A DNA stretch of 64,000 bases from assembly GCA_029212745.1 (NCBI GenBank), contig JARGOL010000005.1, positions 27,558-91,557 on the forward strand. Direction: 5' to 3'. Below are positions 19,026-26,775 of the stretch, piece by piece. The position numbers and the translations under genes are program-made. The first letter of the stretch is position 1; each line of letters opens with the position of its first letter. Origin of the DNA: Alcanivoracaceae bacterium. GTDB lineage: Bacteria; Pseudomonadota; Gammaproteobacteria; Pseudomonadales; Alcanivoracaceae. The notes beneath the pieces were generated by a model. That model saw only the letters and a list, made by a program, of their open reading frames with translations. It did no database searches and was not told the origin of the DNA.

Positions 19026-19745
19026 ATGAATTTCAAGCGCTTTGCACTGGCTGTACTTCTGGCCGGCGCCGCCGCCCAGGCACCCGCCGCCATGATTGCC
19101 GGCTCTTCACTGCAGAACGTCCTCAACAACATCACCGTCGGCAGCGATTCCAGTGTGGATGTCCAGACCGACCAGATGGACAACGACGAGATGTGGTCCA
19201 TCACCGGCTCCGGCGGCAGCGTTGCCACCATCGTCATCGAGCTGGCGGGCTACGCCGGCAGCAACTCCTTCGGTATTTATGACGTGTCCAACCCGGCCAA
19301 CTTCGTGGAAATCATGGGTGGCTCTGCCAGCCAGGGTGACCAGGCCTTCGTATCCATCAAGGCAGACGGCAGTGTCTATGTGAACAACGCCGATACCACC
19401 GTGGATTTCGCCGATAACCTGTTCGGCTACTACCTCAACGTGGCCGCCACCGGTAACCGCTTCTACTCCCAGCAGGCGTTGAATGCCGATGGCGTGGATC
19501 ACCTGGCCGCCTTCCAGGGCAACGACAGCGACATTGTGCAGCTGCCCAACCTGGCGCCCGGCGTATGGACCGACAACGAATACGTGCTGGCATTTGAAGA
19601 CCTGTGGGGCGGCGGCGACCGTGACTTCACTGACTTCGTTGCCATGGTCGAGTCTGTTACCCCGGTACCGGCACCGGCCTCACTGGCGCTGCTTGGCCTG
19701 GCGCTTGCCGGCCTGACCATCAGCCGCCGCCGCAAGGCCGCCTGA
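19026..19745 (+). CDS. PEP-CTERM sorting-domain protein (DUF4114-like secreted protein)
   Basis: The ATG at 19026 has a GAAGGAGA RBS. The signal peptide is MNFKRFALAVLLAGAAAQAPA. A GGGDRDFTDFV motif is present. The C-terminus PVPAPASLALLGLALAGLTISRRRKAA is a VPxP motif plus TM helix plus Arg cluster. Confidence 0.85.
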   Translation: MNFKRFALAVLLAGAAAQAPAAMIAGSSLQNVLNNITVGSDSSVDVQTDQMDNDEMWSITGSGGSVATIVIELAGYAGSNSFGIYDVSNPANFVEIMGGSASQGDQAFVSIKADGSVYVNNADTTVDFADNLFGYYLNVAATGNRFYSQQALNADGVDHLAAFQGNDSDIVQLPNLAPGVWTDNEYVLAFEDLWGGGDRDFTDFVAMVESVTPVPAPASLALLGLALAGLTISRRRKAA

Positions 19746-19890
19746 ACACTGTGACTGCCCCGTCGGGGCCCCCACCCTGCCATGCAGGGTGCCCGACACC
19801 TTCCCGGGTCGCTTTTCCGCAAAGGCCCGCTAGAATGTTGTCCGAGCCTGCCTATTGCCTGCTCAAAGGAAACACTGACAAGGAAGGTCT

Positions 19891-22200
19891 ATGCCCACGC
19901 TCCCCGTGCTCCCTGCCATCCGGCTGATACCGTTTATATTGCTCGCTGTCTTTCTGGCAGCACTGTCCGGCTGCGCCGATGATGGCGATGAGCAGGCCCG
20001 CCAGGCCGCCAGCGAATACCGCTTCCGCGCCCAGAGCTATCTCAACCAGGGGCAATTGCGCGCCGCCCTGATCGAAGCACAGAACGCCGACCAGGCACTG
20101 CCCGGCCAGGCCGAAACACTGGCGCTGAGTGCCCGCATCTTCATGGCACTGGGCACGCTGGACAAGGCCCAGCCAGTGCTGGAGAAACTGGCCGCCGCCG
20201 ACAAGCTCGACGCGCAGAGCACCCTGGACTTTGGCCGCGTACTGGTACGCCGAGGCCGCTTCGACCGTGCGCTTATCCTGCTGCAAGACAGCGAGGACCC
20301 GGATGCCATGGGTATCCGGGCCCAGGCCCTGGTGGGTAATGGCCAGCACGGCCAGGCCATTACCCTGGCACAACAGGCGCTGAAAAAAGATGCCGCTGCC
20401 ACGGAAGCCCTGATTGCCCTGGCCAATGCCCAGTTTGTCGCTGGCGAGCGCGACGCGGTACAGGCCACCCTGGAGCAGCTCACCGCCGAGGACAACTGGC
20501 GCACCTGGTTGTGGCGCGCGCGGCTGGAACAGGCCATGGAAAAACACGAAGCCGCCGTGGACTCCCTTGGCAATGCGCTGACTTTCCTCAACCAGCAGGA
20601 CATCATGACCGCCTGGCGCTTCGAAGCCCTGCGCCGAATGATGCAGTCACTGATCACGCTGGGCCGGGCAGATGAAGCACTGACCTATTCCAACGCCCTG
20701 GCCGACAGCAGTGCCGGACAACTGGCCAGCCGCTACGACGCCGCCGTGAGCAAGATCCGTGAGGGCAACCTGGATGAAGCCAGCGCCCTGTTCCGCGATA
20801 TCCTTGCCCAGTCCCCCGGCCACAGCGGCAGCGCCATGGCCCTGGGGCTGATCGCATTCCAGCAGAAGGATTTCCAGGATGCGCGCCAGTACCTGGCCGA
20901 TGCCGTCGAGAGCGGCAATGATTCCGCCACAGCCATCAAGTACCTGGTCACCACCCTGCTGCAGTCTGGCGACAACGCTGAAGCGCTGAGTTATCTGGAC
21001 AAGGCACTGGATGAATACCCGGGCGACCCTGACCTGTTGGCGCTCCAGGGCCTTGCCCTGCAACGCAGCGGTGAGCTGGCGCAGGCGCGCACCATCTTTT
21101 CGGCAACCCTGGAAAAACAGCCCGGTAATGTGGGCGCCCACATCAGCCTCGGCCAGATCGCCCTGGAAGAAGGCAATGCCGAACAGGCTGAACGGTATTT
21201 TCGCCAGGCCCTGGCGATCCAGCCCCAGGCGCCCGCCGCCCTGCGTGGGCTGGTCCAGGTGGCAGACGCCCGCGGCCTGCGCAGCGCCGGCATGGCCGAA
21301 CTGCGCCAGCAGGCGCGCAGCAGCAACAACGCCAGCCTGTGGTTGCTTGCCGCCACCACGGCCCTGCAATTCGAGGACAGCGACGGCGCGCGCAATGATG
21401 CCCGCAAGGCCCTTGATGCAGAACCGGGCAACGCCCGTGCCCGCGCCCTGCTCGGCGCCCTGGACTACCTTGACGCCCGCCGGGCGTTTTCACGCCAGGC
21501 CTTTGCGGATGCCTTCTCACTGGCCAGCCGCGGCCTGGAATTCATGCCCGACAACCTGGGCCTGATGCTGCTCAAGGCCTCGGCGGCCACGGCAGAAGGC
21601 AACGCCAAGGCCGCGTTCGCCGTTGCTGACAGCCTCAAGGCACGCTCCCCGGACAGTCATCACGGCCACGAGCTGGAAGGCGACATCCACACCCAGCTGG
21701 GCAACAGTGCCGAGGCCCGCGACGCCTATGCCCGGGCCTGGCAGCATCAGCGCAACCCGGTGCTGGCCGGCAAGTACGTCAACGCCCTGAACGCCACCGG
21801 CGAAGACGGCCTGTCCGTGCTCACACAATGGACCGAGGCAGAGCCGGACGACCCCCGGGCCTGGCTGACCCTGGCCGGAGCACAGGAGCAGGCCGGCAAC
21901 ACGCCGGCGGCACAGGCCGCCTACGAACAGGTCGCTGCCCTGCTGCCCGACTCTGCCCCGGTGCTCAACAACCTGGCCTGGCTGTATCACCAGGGCGGCG
22001 ATGACCGGGCCGAGGCAACGGCGGCACAGGCCTATGCCCTGGCCCCCGACAATGCCGCCATTGCCGATACCTATGGCTGGATCCTGCTGCAGAACGGTGA
22101 CCGGGAACGGGCACTTAAACTGCTCGAGCAGGCAGCGGCCGGCGCCCCCGAAAACACGGACATCCAGGCCCATCTGGAGGCCGCCCGGGCGGGTGGCTGA
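19891..22200 (+). CDS. prsT: PEP-CTERM system TPR-repeat lipoprotein
   Basis: AAGGAAGG RBS. The lipobox is LAALSGC. The 769-aa protein consists of Ala/Leu-rich TPR repeats. It lies next to prsKR, between the two PEP-CTERM genes. Confidence 0.8.
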   Translation: MPTLPVLPAIRLIPFILLAVFLAALSGCADDGDEQARQAASEYRFRAQSYLNQGQLRAALIEAQNADQALPGQAETLALSARIFMALGTLDKAQPVLEKLAAADKLDAQSTLDFGRVLVRRGRFDRALILLQDSEDPDAMGIRAQALVGNGQHGQAITLAQQALKKDAAATEALIALANAQFVAGERDAVQATLEQLTAEDNWRTWLWRARLEQAMEKHEAAVDSLGNALTFLNQQDIMTAWRFEALRRMMQSLITLGRADEALTYSNALADSSAGQLASRYDAAVSKIREGNLDEASALFRDILAQSPGHSGSAMALGLIAFQQKDFQDARQYLADAVESGNDSATAIKYLVTTLLQSGDNAEALSYLDKALDEYPGDPDLLALQGLALQRSGELAQARTIFSATLEKQPGNVGAHISLGQIALEEGNAEQAERYFRQALAIQPQAPAALRGLVQVADARGLRSAGMAELRQQARSSNNASLWLLAATTALQFEDSDGARNDARKALDAEPGNARARALLGALDYLDARRAFSRQAFADAFSLASRGLEFMPDNLGLMLLKASAATAEGNAKAAFAVADSLKARSPDSHHGHELEGDIHTQLGNSAEARDAYARAWQHQRNPVLAGKYVNALNATGEDGLSVLTQWTEAEPDDPRAWLTLAGAQEQAGNTPAAQAAYEQVAALLPDSAPVLNNLAWLYHQGGDDRAEATAAQAYALAPDNAAIADTYGWILLQNGDRERALKLLEQAAAGAPENTDIQAHLEAARAGG

Positions 22201-22328
22201 GGCGGGGCGTCAGCCTTCTTTACAGCTGCGCCATTGGCACAGCTAAAAGCGTCAGCATTCTTTACACGTCTTTGCTGCGTGATGACCAAAAAGCGCCTAA
22301 CACATTGTTTTCAAAGACCATGTCGGAC

Positions 22329-22343
22329 TGGCACAACCCTTGC
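22329..22343 (+). promoter_or_regulatory. sigma54 (-24/-12) promoter upstream of the second PEP-CTERM gene
   Basis: TGGCAC AACCC TTGC is an exact consensus match. It lies about 55-60 nt upstream of the start codon. Confidence 0.7.
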
Positions 22344-22402
22344 TTTCATAATGACATCGCGCAGCTTTGCTGGTACGAAGCCCTGTCTTCCCGGAGATGA
22401 TC

Positions 22403-22975
22403 ATGAAAACCCTGACCGCTTCCCTGCTTTCACTGCTGCTGCTGGCTGCCGTCACACCGGCCAGCGCTGTAACACTGTCCAACCAGTGCAGCACCGGCGA
22501 TGCCGTGCACGGCATCAGCGTCACCGACGTTGTCGGCTTCAGTGGCGGTGCCAGTGACTGTTTTGGCGCCTTCGAGGGCAATGACCCGGGCCCGGGTGGC
22601 AGTCTGGAATTTGACGGCTCCAGCTGGGATTTCGTCAGCAAGGTGGAAGACGGCGTCACTGAAGGCGACGACATCGGCCTGTATTACTCCTCCGGTGACA
22701 CTTCCGGCCTGTGGGGATACAACCCCAGCGCCGACTTTGAATCCTTCATTCTGGTATTGAAAGCCGGCAACGCCCCCGGCTGGGCGGCCTGGCTGTTCGA
22801 AGGCGACGACGCTCAGTCCAGCTTCGGCACCTGGCAAGTGGCGTGGGACCGTGACCTGTCACACCTGTCCCTGTATGCCATCGCTGGCGAAGTGGACGTG
22901 CCGGAGCCCGGCACCCTGGCACTGCTGGGCCTTGCCCTCGCCGGCCTGGGCCTGGGTGCACGTCGACGCAAGTAA
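22403..22975 (+). CDS. PEP-CTERM sorting-domain protein
   Basis: The signal peptide is MKTLTASLLSLLLLAAVTPASA (an alternative ATG lies at 22397). The canonical C-terminus is VDVPEPGTLALLGLALAGLGLGARRRK. Confidence 0.85.
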   Translation: MKTLTASLLSLLLLAAVTPASAVTLSNQCSTGDAVHGISVTDVVGFSGGASDCFGAFEGNDPGPGGSLEFDGSSWDFVSKVEDGVTEGDDIGLYYSSGDTSGLWGYNPSADFESFILVLKAGNAPGWAAWLFEGDDAQSSFGTWQVAWDRDLSHLSLYAIAGEVDVPEPGTLALLGLALAGLGLGARRRK

Positions 22976-23004
22976 GTCGCCTGCACGACGGACCTTCACA
23001 CCAG

Positions 23005-23033
23005 AAAAGGGGAGCCCGTGCTCCCCTTTTTTG
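23005..23033 (+). terminator. rho-independent terminator
   Basis: The hairpin AAAAGGGGAGC-ccgt-GCTCCCCTTTTTT lies directly after the PEP-CTERM gene. Confidence 0.75.
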
Positions 23034-23158
23034 TGCCTGATCGTTACATCTCGCGCCTTTGTAAAACCCTCCCTGTGGTCATTTGTCTTATTCCGGCAAT
23101 ACAGGCAAACTGAAATCGTTCGCATGACGGACAGTCTTTCCAAGCCGAGGAGCGCATC

Positions 23159-23359
23159 ATGAGCGACCAGTTCGACGAGGAAACCGAAGACCTGCTCACC
23201 ACCATCGAACAGGTTGAAGAGACCCTGACCATCATGACCAGTGTGGTCGGCCACCTCAAAGAGCAGTTGCTGGGCCAGATGGGCCTGGTGGACGCCCGGG
23301 AAATGACCGCCGAGGAATTTCTCGAGTACTGCGAAAACAGCGAAGGCGTACTGCACTAA
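23159..23359 (+). CDS. small acidic hypothetical protein (66 aa)
   Basis: The ORF has a GAGGAG RBS 6 nt upstream. The protein is strongly acidic and predicted helical, with no recognisable family. Confidence 0.4.
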   Translation: MSDQFDEETEDLLTTIEQVEETLTIMTSVVGHLKEQLLGQMGLVDAREMTAEEFLEYCENSEGVLH

Positions 23360-23623
23360 CACGCCTCACCCGCGGCATCGATTGACGCCGGACACAGTGG
23401 CAGCCTGCTGCACACTGCAATAGACGTCTCACCCCTGAAATACCCACTTGCCAGCCCGGCCTGATTGACAAACCTGATACCTCCGATTGCCAGCGACACA
23501 CGCACTGGGCGACGTAAACCGCTATAGTGGCTCTCTGCGGCTACCACCGCGCGGCCCTGGGCCGTTTTCTGGCCACAGCGCCCGATCGGCGCGGCCACCC
23601 TGATCATGCTGTTGGAGATCCCG

Positions 23624-25267
23624 ATGAAAGCATCTGACCTGTTCGTACGTGCCCTGGAAGCAGAGGGCGTCGAACATGTCTTCGCCATTCCCGGCGAGGA
23701 AAACCTTGACCTGCTGGAGTCCCTTCGCGGCTCGCAAAAAATCAAGCTTGTGGTGACACGCCATGAGCAGGCGGCTGGATTCATGGCCGCCACCTATGGG
23801 CGTTTGACCGGCAATTCCGGCGTCTGCCTGTCAACACTGGGCCCCGGCGCCACCAACCTGGTGACGGCCGCCGCCTATGCCCAACTGGGCGCCATGCCCA
23901 TGGTCATGATTACCGGCCAGAAACCGATCAAGAGCTCCAAGCAGGGGCAGTTCCAGATCATTGATGTGGTCGACATGATGCGGCCACTCACCAAGTTCAC
24001 CAAGCAGGTGGTCAGCGGTGAAAATATCCCGGCGCGCATCCGTGAGGCGTTCCGGCTGGCGGAAGAGGAACGGCCCGGTGCCACGCACCTGGAACTGCCG
24101 GAAGACATCGCCCGGGAACATTCCACCATGCCGGTACTGGAGCCCAGCCAGACTCGTCGCCCCATTGCCGAGGAAAAGGCCATCCGCAACGCCGCCGAAG
24201 CAATCACGGCAGCGCGCAAGCCATTACTGCTTATTGGTGCGGCGGCCAACCGCAAGCTGACCTCGAAAATGTTGCGCCAGTTTGTCGAGAAGCTCGGCAT
24301 CCCGGCCGTCACCACGCAGATGGGCAAGGGCGTGATCGACGAGACCGGGCCACACTTTGTCGGCAATACGGCGCTGTCTGATGGCGATTTTGTCCACCGT
24401 GCCATCGACCAGGCCGACCTGATCATCAACGTCGGCCACGACGTGGTGGAGAAACCGCCGTTCTTCATGCGCCCGGGCGGCCCCGAAGTGGTACACATCA
24501 ACTTCAATTCCGCCCAGGTGGACCCGGTGTACTTCCCGCAGATCGAGGTGGTAGGTGATATCGCCAACAGCCTCTGGCAGCTGAAAGAGCGTCTGTCACC
24601 ACAGAAGCACTGGAGCTTTTCCGATTTCCACCGCATCCGCGACGCGCTGGAAAAACACATTGCCGATGGCAAGGAAGACGACCGCTTCCCCACCCTGCCA
24701 CAACGGCTGGTCCATGAGGTGCGCCAGGTGATGCCTGAGGACGGCATCATTGCCCTGGACAATGGCATGTACAAGATCTGGTTCGCGCGCAATTATCCGG
24801 CCTCGTCCCCCAATACCGTGCTGCTGGACAACGCACTGGCAACCATGGGCGCCGGCCTGCCGTCTGCCATGGCGGCGAAACTGGTGCACCCGGAAAAACG
24901 CGTTTTGGCGGTCTGTGGTGACGGCGGCTTCATGATGAATTCCCAGGAGCTGGAAACTGCCGTGCGCCTGAAGCTGGATATCGTCGTGCTGATCCTGCGC
25001 GACGATGCCTACGGCATGATCAAGTGGAAACAGGCACAGATGGATTATCACGACTTCGGTCTTGATTTCGGCAACCCTGACTTCGTTGCCTACGCCAGGG
25101 CCTACGGCGCCAGCGGCCACCTGATCGAGTCCACCGCTGACATTGCACCGACCCTGGAGCGTTGCTTCAATGAGGGCGGCGTGCATGTGGTGGATGCGCC
25201 GGTGGACTACACCGACAACGATCGCATCCTCAATAACGAAATCCGCGAACTCAGCAGCAAGGTTTAA
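23624..25267 (+). CDS. thiamine-diphosphate enzyme, acetolactate-synthase-like (AlsS/IlvB family)
   Basis: The ATG at 23624 has a GGAGA RBS. Motifs include FAIPGEENLDLL, TLGPGATNL and the ThDP motif GDGGFMMNSQELETA. Confidence 0.85.
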   Translation: MKASDLFVRALEAEGVEHVFAIPGEENLDLLESLRGSQKIKLVVTRHEQAAGFMAATYGRLTGNSGVCLSTLGPGATNLVTAAAYAQLGAMPMVMITGQKPIKSSKQGQFQIIDVVDMMRPLTKFTKQVVSGENIPARIREAFRLAEEERPGATHLELPEDIAREHSTMPVLEPSQTRRPIAEEKAIRNAAEAITAARKPLLLIGAAANRKLTSKMLRQFVEKLGIPAVTTQMGKGVIDETGPHFVGNTALSDGDFVHRAIDQADLIINVGHDVVEKPPFFMRPGGPEVVHINFNSAQVDPVYFPQIEVVGDIANSLWQLKERLSPQKHWSFSDFHRIRDALEKHIADGKEDDRFPTLPQRLVHEVRQVMPEDGIIALDNGMYKIWFARNYPASSPNTVLLDNALATMGAGLPSAMAAKLVHPEKRVLAVCGDGGFMMNSQELETAVRLKLDIVVLILRDDAYGMIKWKQAQMDYHDFGLDFGNPDFVAYARAYGASGHLIESTADIAPTLERCFNEGGVHVVDAPVDYTDNDRILNNEIRELSSKV

Positions 25268-25281
25268 AAGGAGCGCACACC

Positions 25282-26712
25282 ATGCTCAAGGAACGTTACC
25301 CGTATTACCTCGCCAACGAGCCGGTCCAGGCCAACGAAGACCTGGAAGTGACCGACAAATATTCCGGTGAAGTGGCCACCCGCGTTGCCATGGCGGATGC
25401 CGCCACCATCGACAAGGCCATTGCCGCCTCCGTGGATGCAGCACCGGCCATGGCGGCCCTGGCTCCCTATGAGAGACAGGACATCCTCAACCATTGTGTG
25501 GAGCGCTTTCGTGAGCGCTTTGACGAGCTGGCCCTGGCCCTGTGTATTGAAGCTGGCAAGCCGATCAAGGATGCCAGGGGTGAGGTGACCCGCCTTATCG
25601 ATACCTTCCGGGTGGCTGCCGAAGAGGCGGTCCGCATCGACGGTGAAATCCCGAACCTGGAAATCAGTGCCCGGGCCAAGGGCTACCGCGGCTTCATCAA
25701 GCGTGTGCCCATTGGCCCCTGCTCCTTCATTTCACCGTTCAACTTCCCGCTCAACCTGGCTGCCCACAAGGTGGCGCCTGCCATTGCCGCGGGCTGCCCG
25801 TTTGTCCTCAAGCCGGCTAGCCGTACCCCCATTGGCGCCATCATCATCGGCGAAGTACTGGCTGAAACCGACCTGCCCAAGGGGGCCTTTTCGGTACTGC
25901 CCTGCCACCGCGATGGTGCCGACCTGTTTACCGAAGATGACCGCCTCAAGCTGCTCAGCTTCACCGGCTCACCGGCCGTGGGCTGGGACCTGAAGGCACG
26001 GGCGGGCAAGAAACCGGTGATTCTGGAGCTGGGTGGCAACGCAGCCTGTGTAGTGGATGAAGACGCCGACCTGGATGACGCCGCGGCGCGCATCATCTTC
26101 GGTGCCTTCTACCAGTCCGGCCAGAGCTGCATCGGTGTCCAACGGATTCTTGGCCACGAAAAAATTTACGACGAACTCAGAGATCGCCTGGTGGAAAAGA
26201 CCCAGCAGCTGAAAATGGGCGACCCGAAAGAGGAGGACACCTTTATCGGCCCCGTGATCTCCGAGGGCGAGGCCAGGCGTCTTGAGGACTGGATCAACGA
26301 AGGCGTGGAAAAGGGCGGCAAGCTGCTGTGTGGCGGCAAGCGTGACGGTGCCATGCTGGCACCGACGTTGCTTGAAAATGTCCCGGCCGGCTGCAGTGTT
26401 GTTGATGACGAGGCCTTCGGCCCGGTAGCCGTGCTGGAGTCGTTCGCCGACTTCGACCAGGCACTGGCTCGGGTCAATGACAGCGTCTTTGGCCTGCAGG
26501 CGGGTATCTTTACCCGCGATATCTACAAGGCCCAGAAAGCGTGGGACACCCTGGACGTGGGCGGCGTCATCATTGGCGACGTCCCGTCCTGGCGGGTGGA
26601 CAACATGCCCTACGGCGGCGTCAAGGACTCCGGCCTCGGCCGTGAAGGCATCCGCTGGGCCATCAACGACATGACCGAAGAGCGGTTGATGGTCATTCGC
26701 ACCCCGCAGTAA
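25282..26712 (+). CDS. NAD(P)-dependent aldehyde dehydrogenase
   Basis: AAAGGAG RBS. Motifs include FTGSPAVG, ELGGNA and the catalytic Cys context YQSGQSCIG. Confidence 0.9.
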   Translation: MLKERYPYYLANEPVQANEDLEVTDKYSGEVATRVAMADAATIDKAIAASVDAAPAMAALAPYERQDILNHCVERFRERFDELALALCIEAGKPIKDARGEVTRLIDTFRVAAEEAVRIDGEIPNLEISARAKGYRGFIKRVPIGPCSFISPFNFPLNLAAHKVAPAIAAGCPFVLKPASRTPIGAIIIGEVLAETDLPKGAFSVLPCHRDGADLFTEDDRLKLLSFTGSPAVGWDLKARAGKKPVILELGGNAACVVDEDADLDDAAARIIFGAFYQSGQSCIGVQRILGHEKIYDELRDRLVEKTQQLKMGDPKEEDTFIGPVISEGEARRLEDWINEGVEKGGKLLCGGKRDGAMLAPTLLENVPAGCSVVDDEAFGPVAVLESFADFDQALARVNDSVFGLQAGIFTRDIYKAQKAWDTLDVGGVIIGDVPSWRVDNMPYGGVKDSGLGREGIRWAINDMTEERLMVIRTPQ

Positions 26713-26721
26713 AGAAACCGG

Positions 26722-26750
26722 TACCGGGCGTGGCCAGTCTGCGCCCGGTA
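26722..26750. terminator. possible stem-loop between convergent genes
   Basis: TACCGGGCG-N11-CGCCCGGTA forms a 9-bp stem with no clear U-tract. Confidence 0.35.
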
Positions 26751-26775
26751 TCTCATCGCCTTTGAGCAATCCCTG

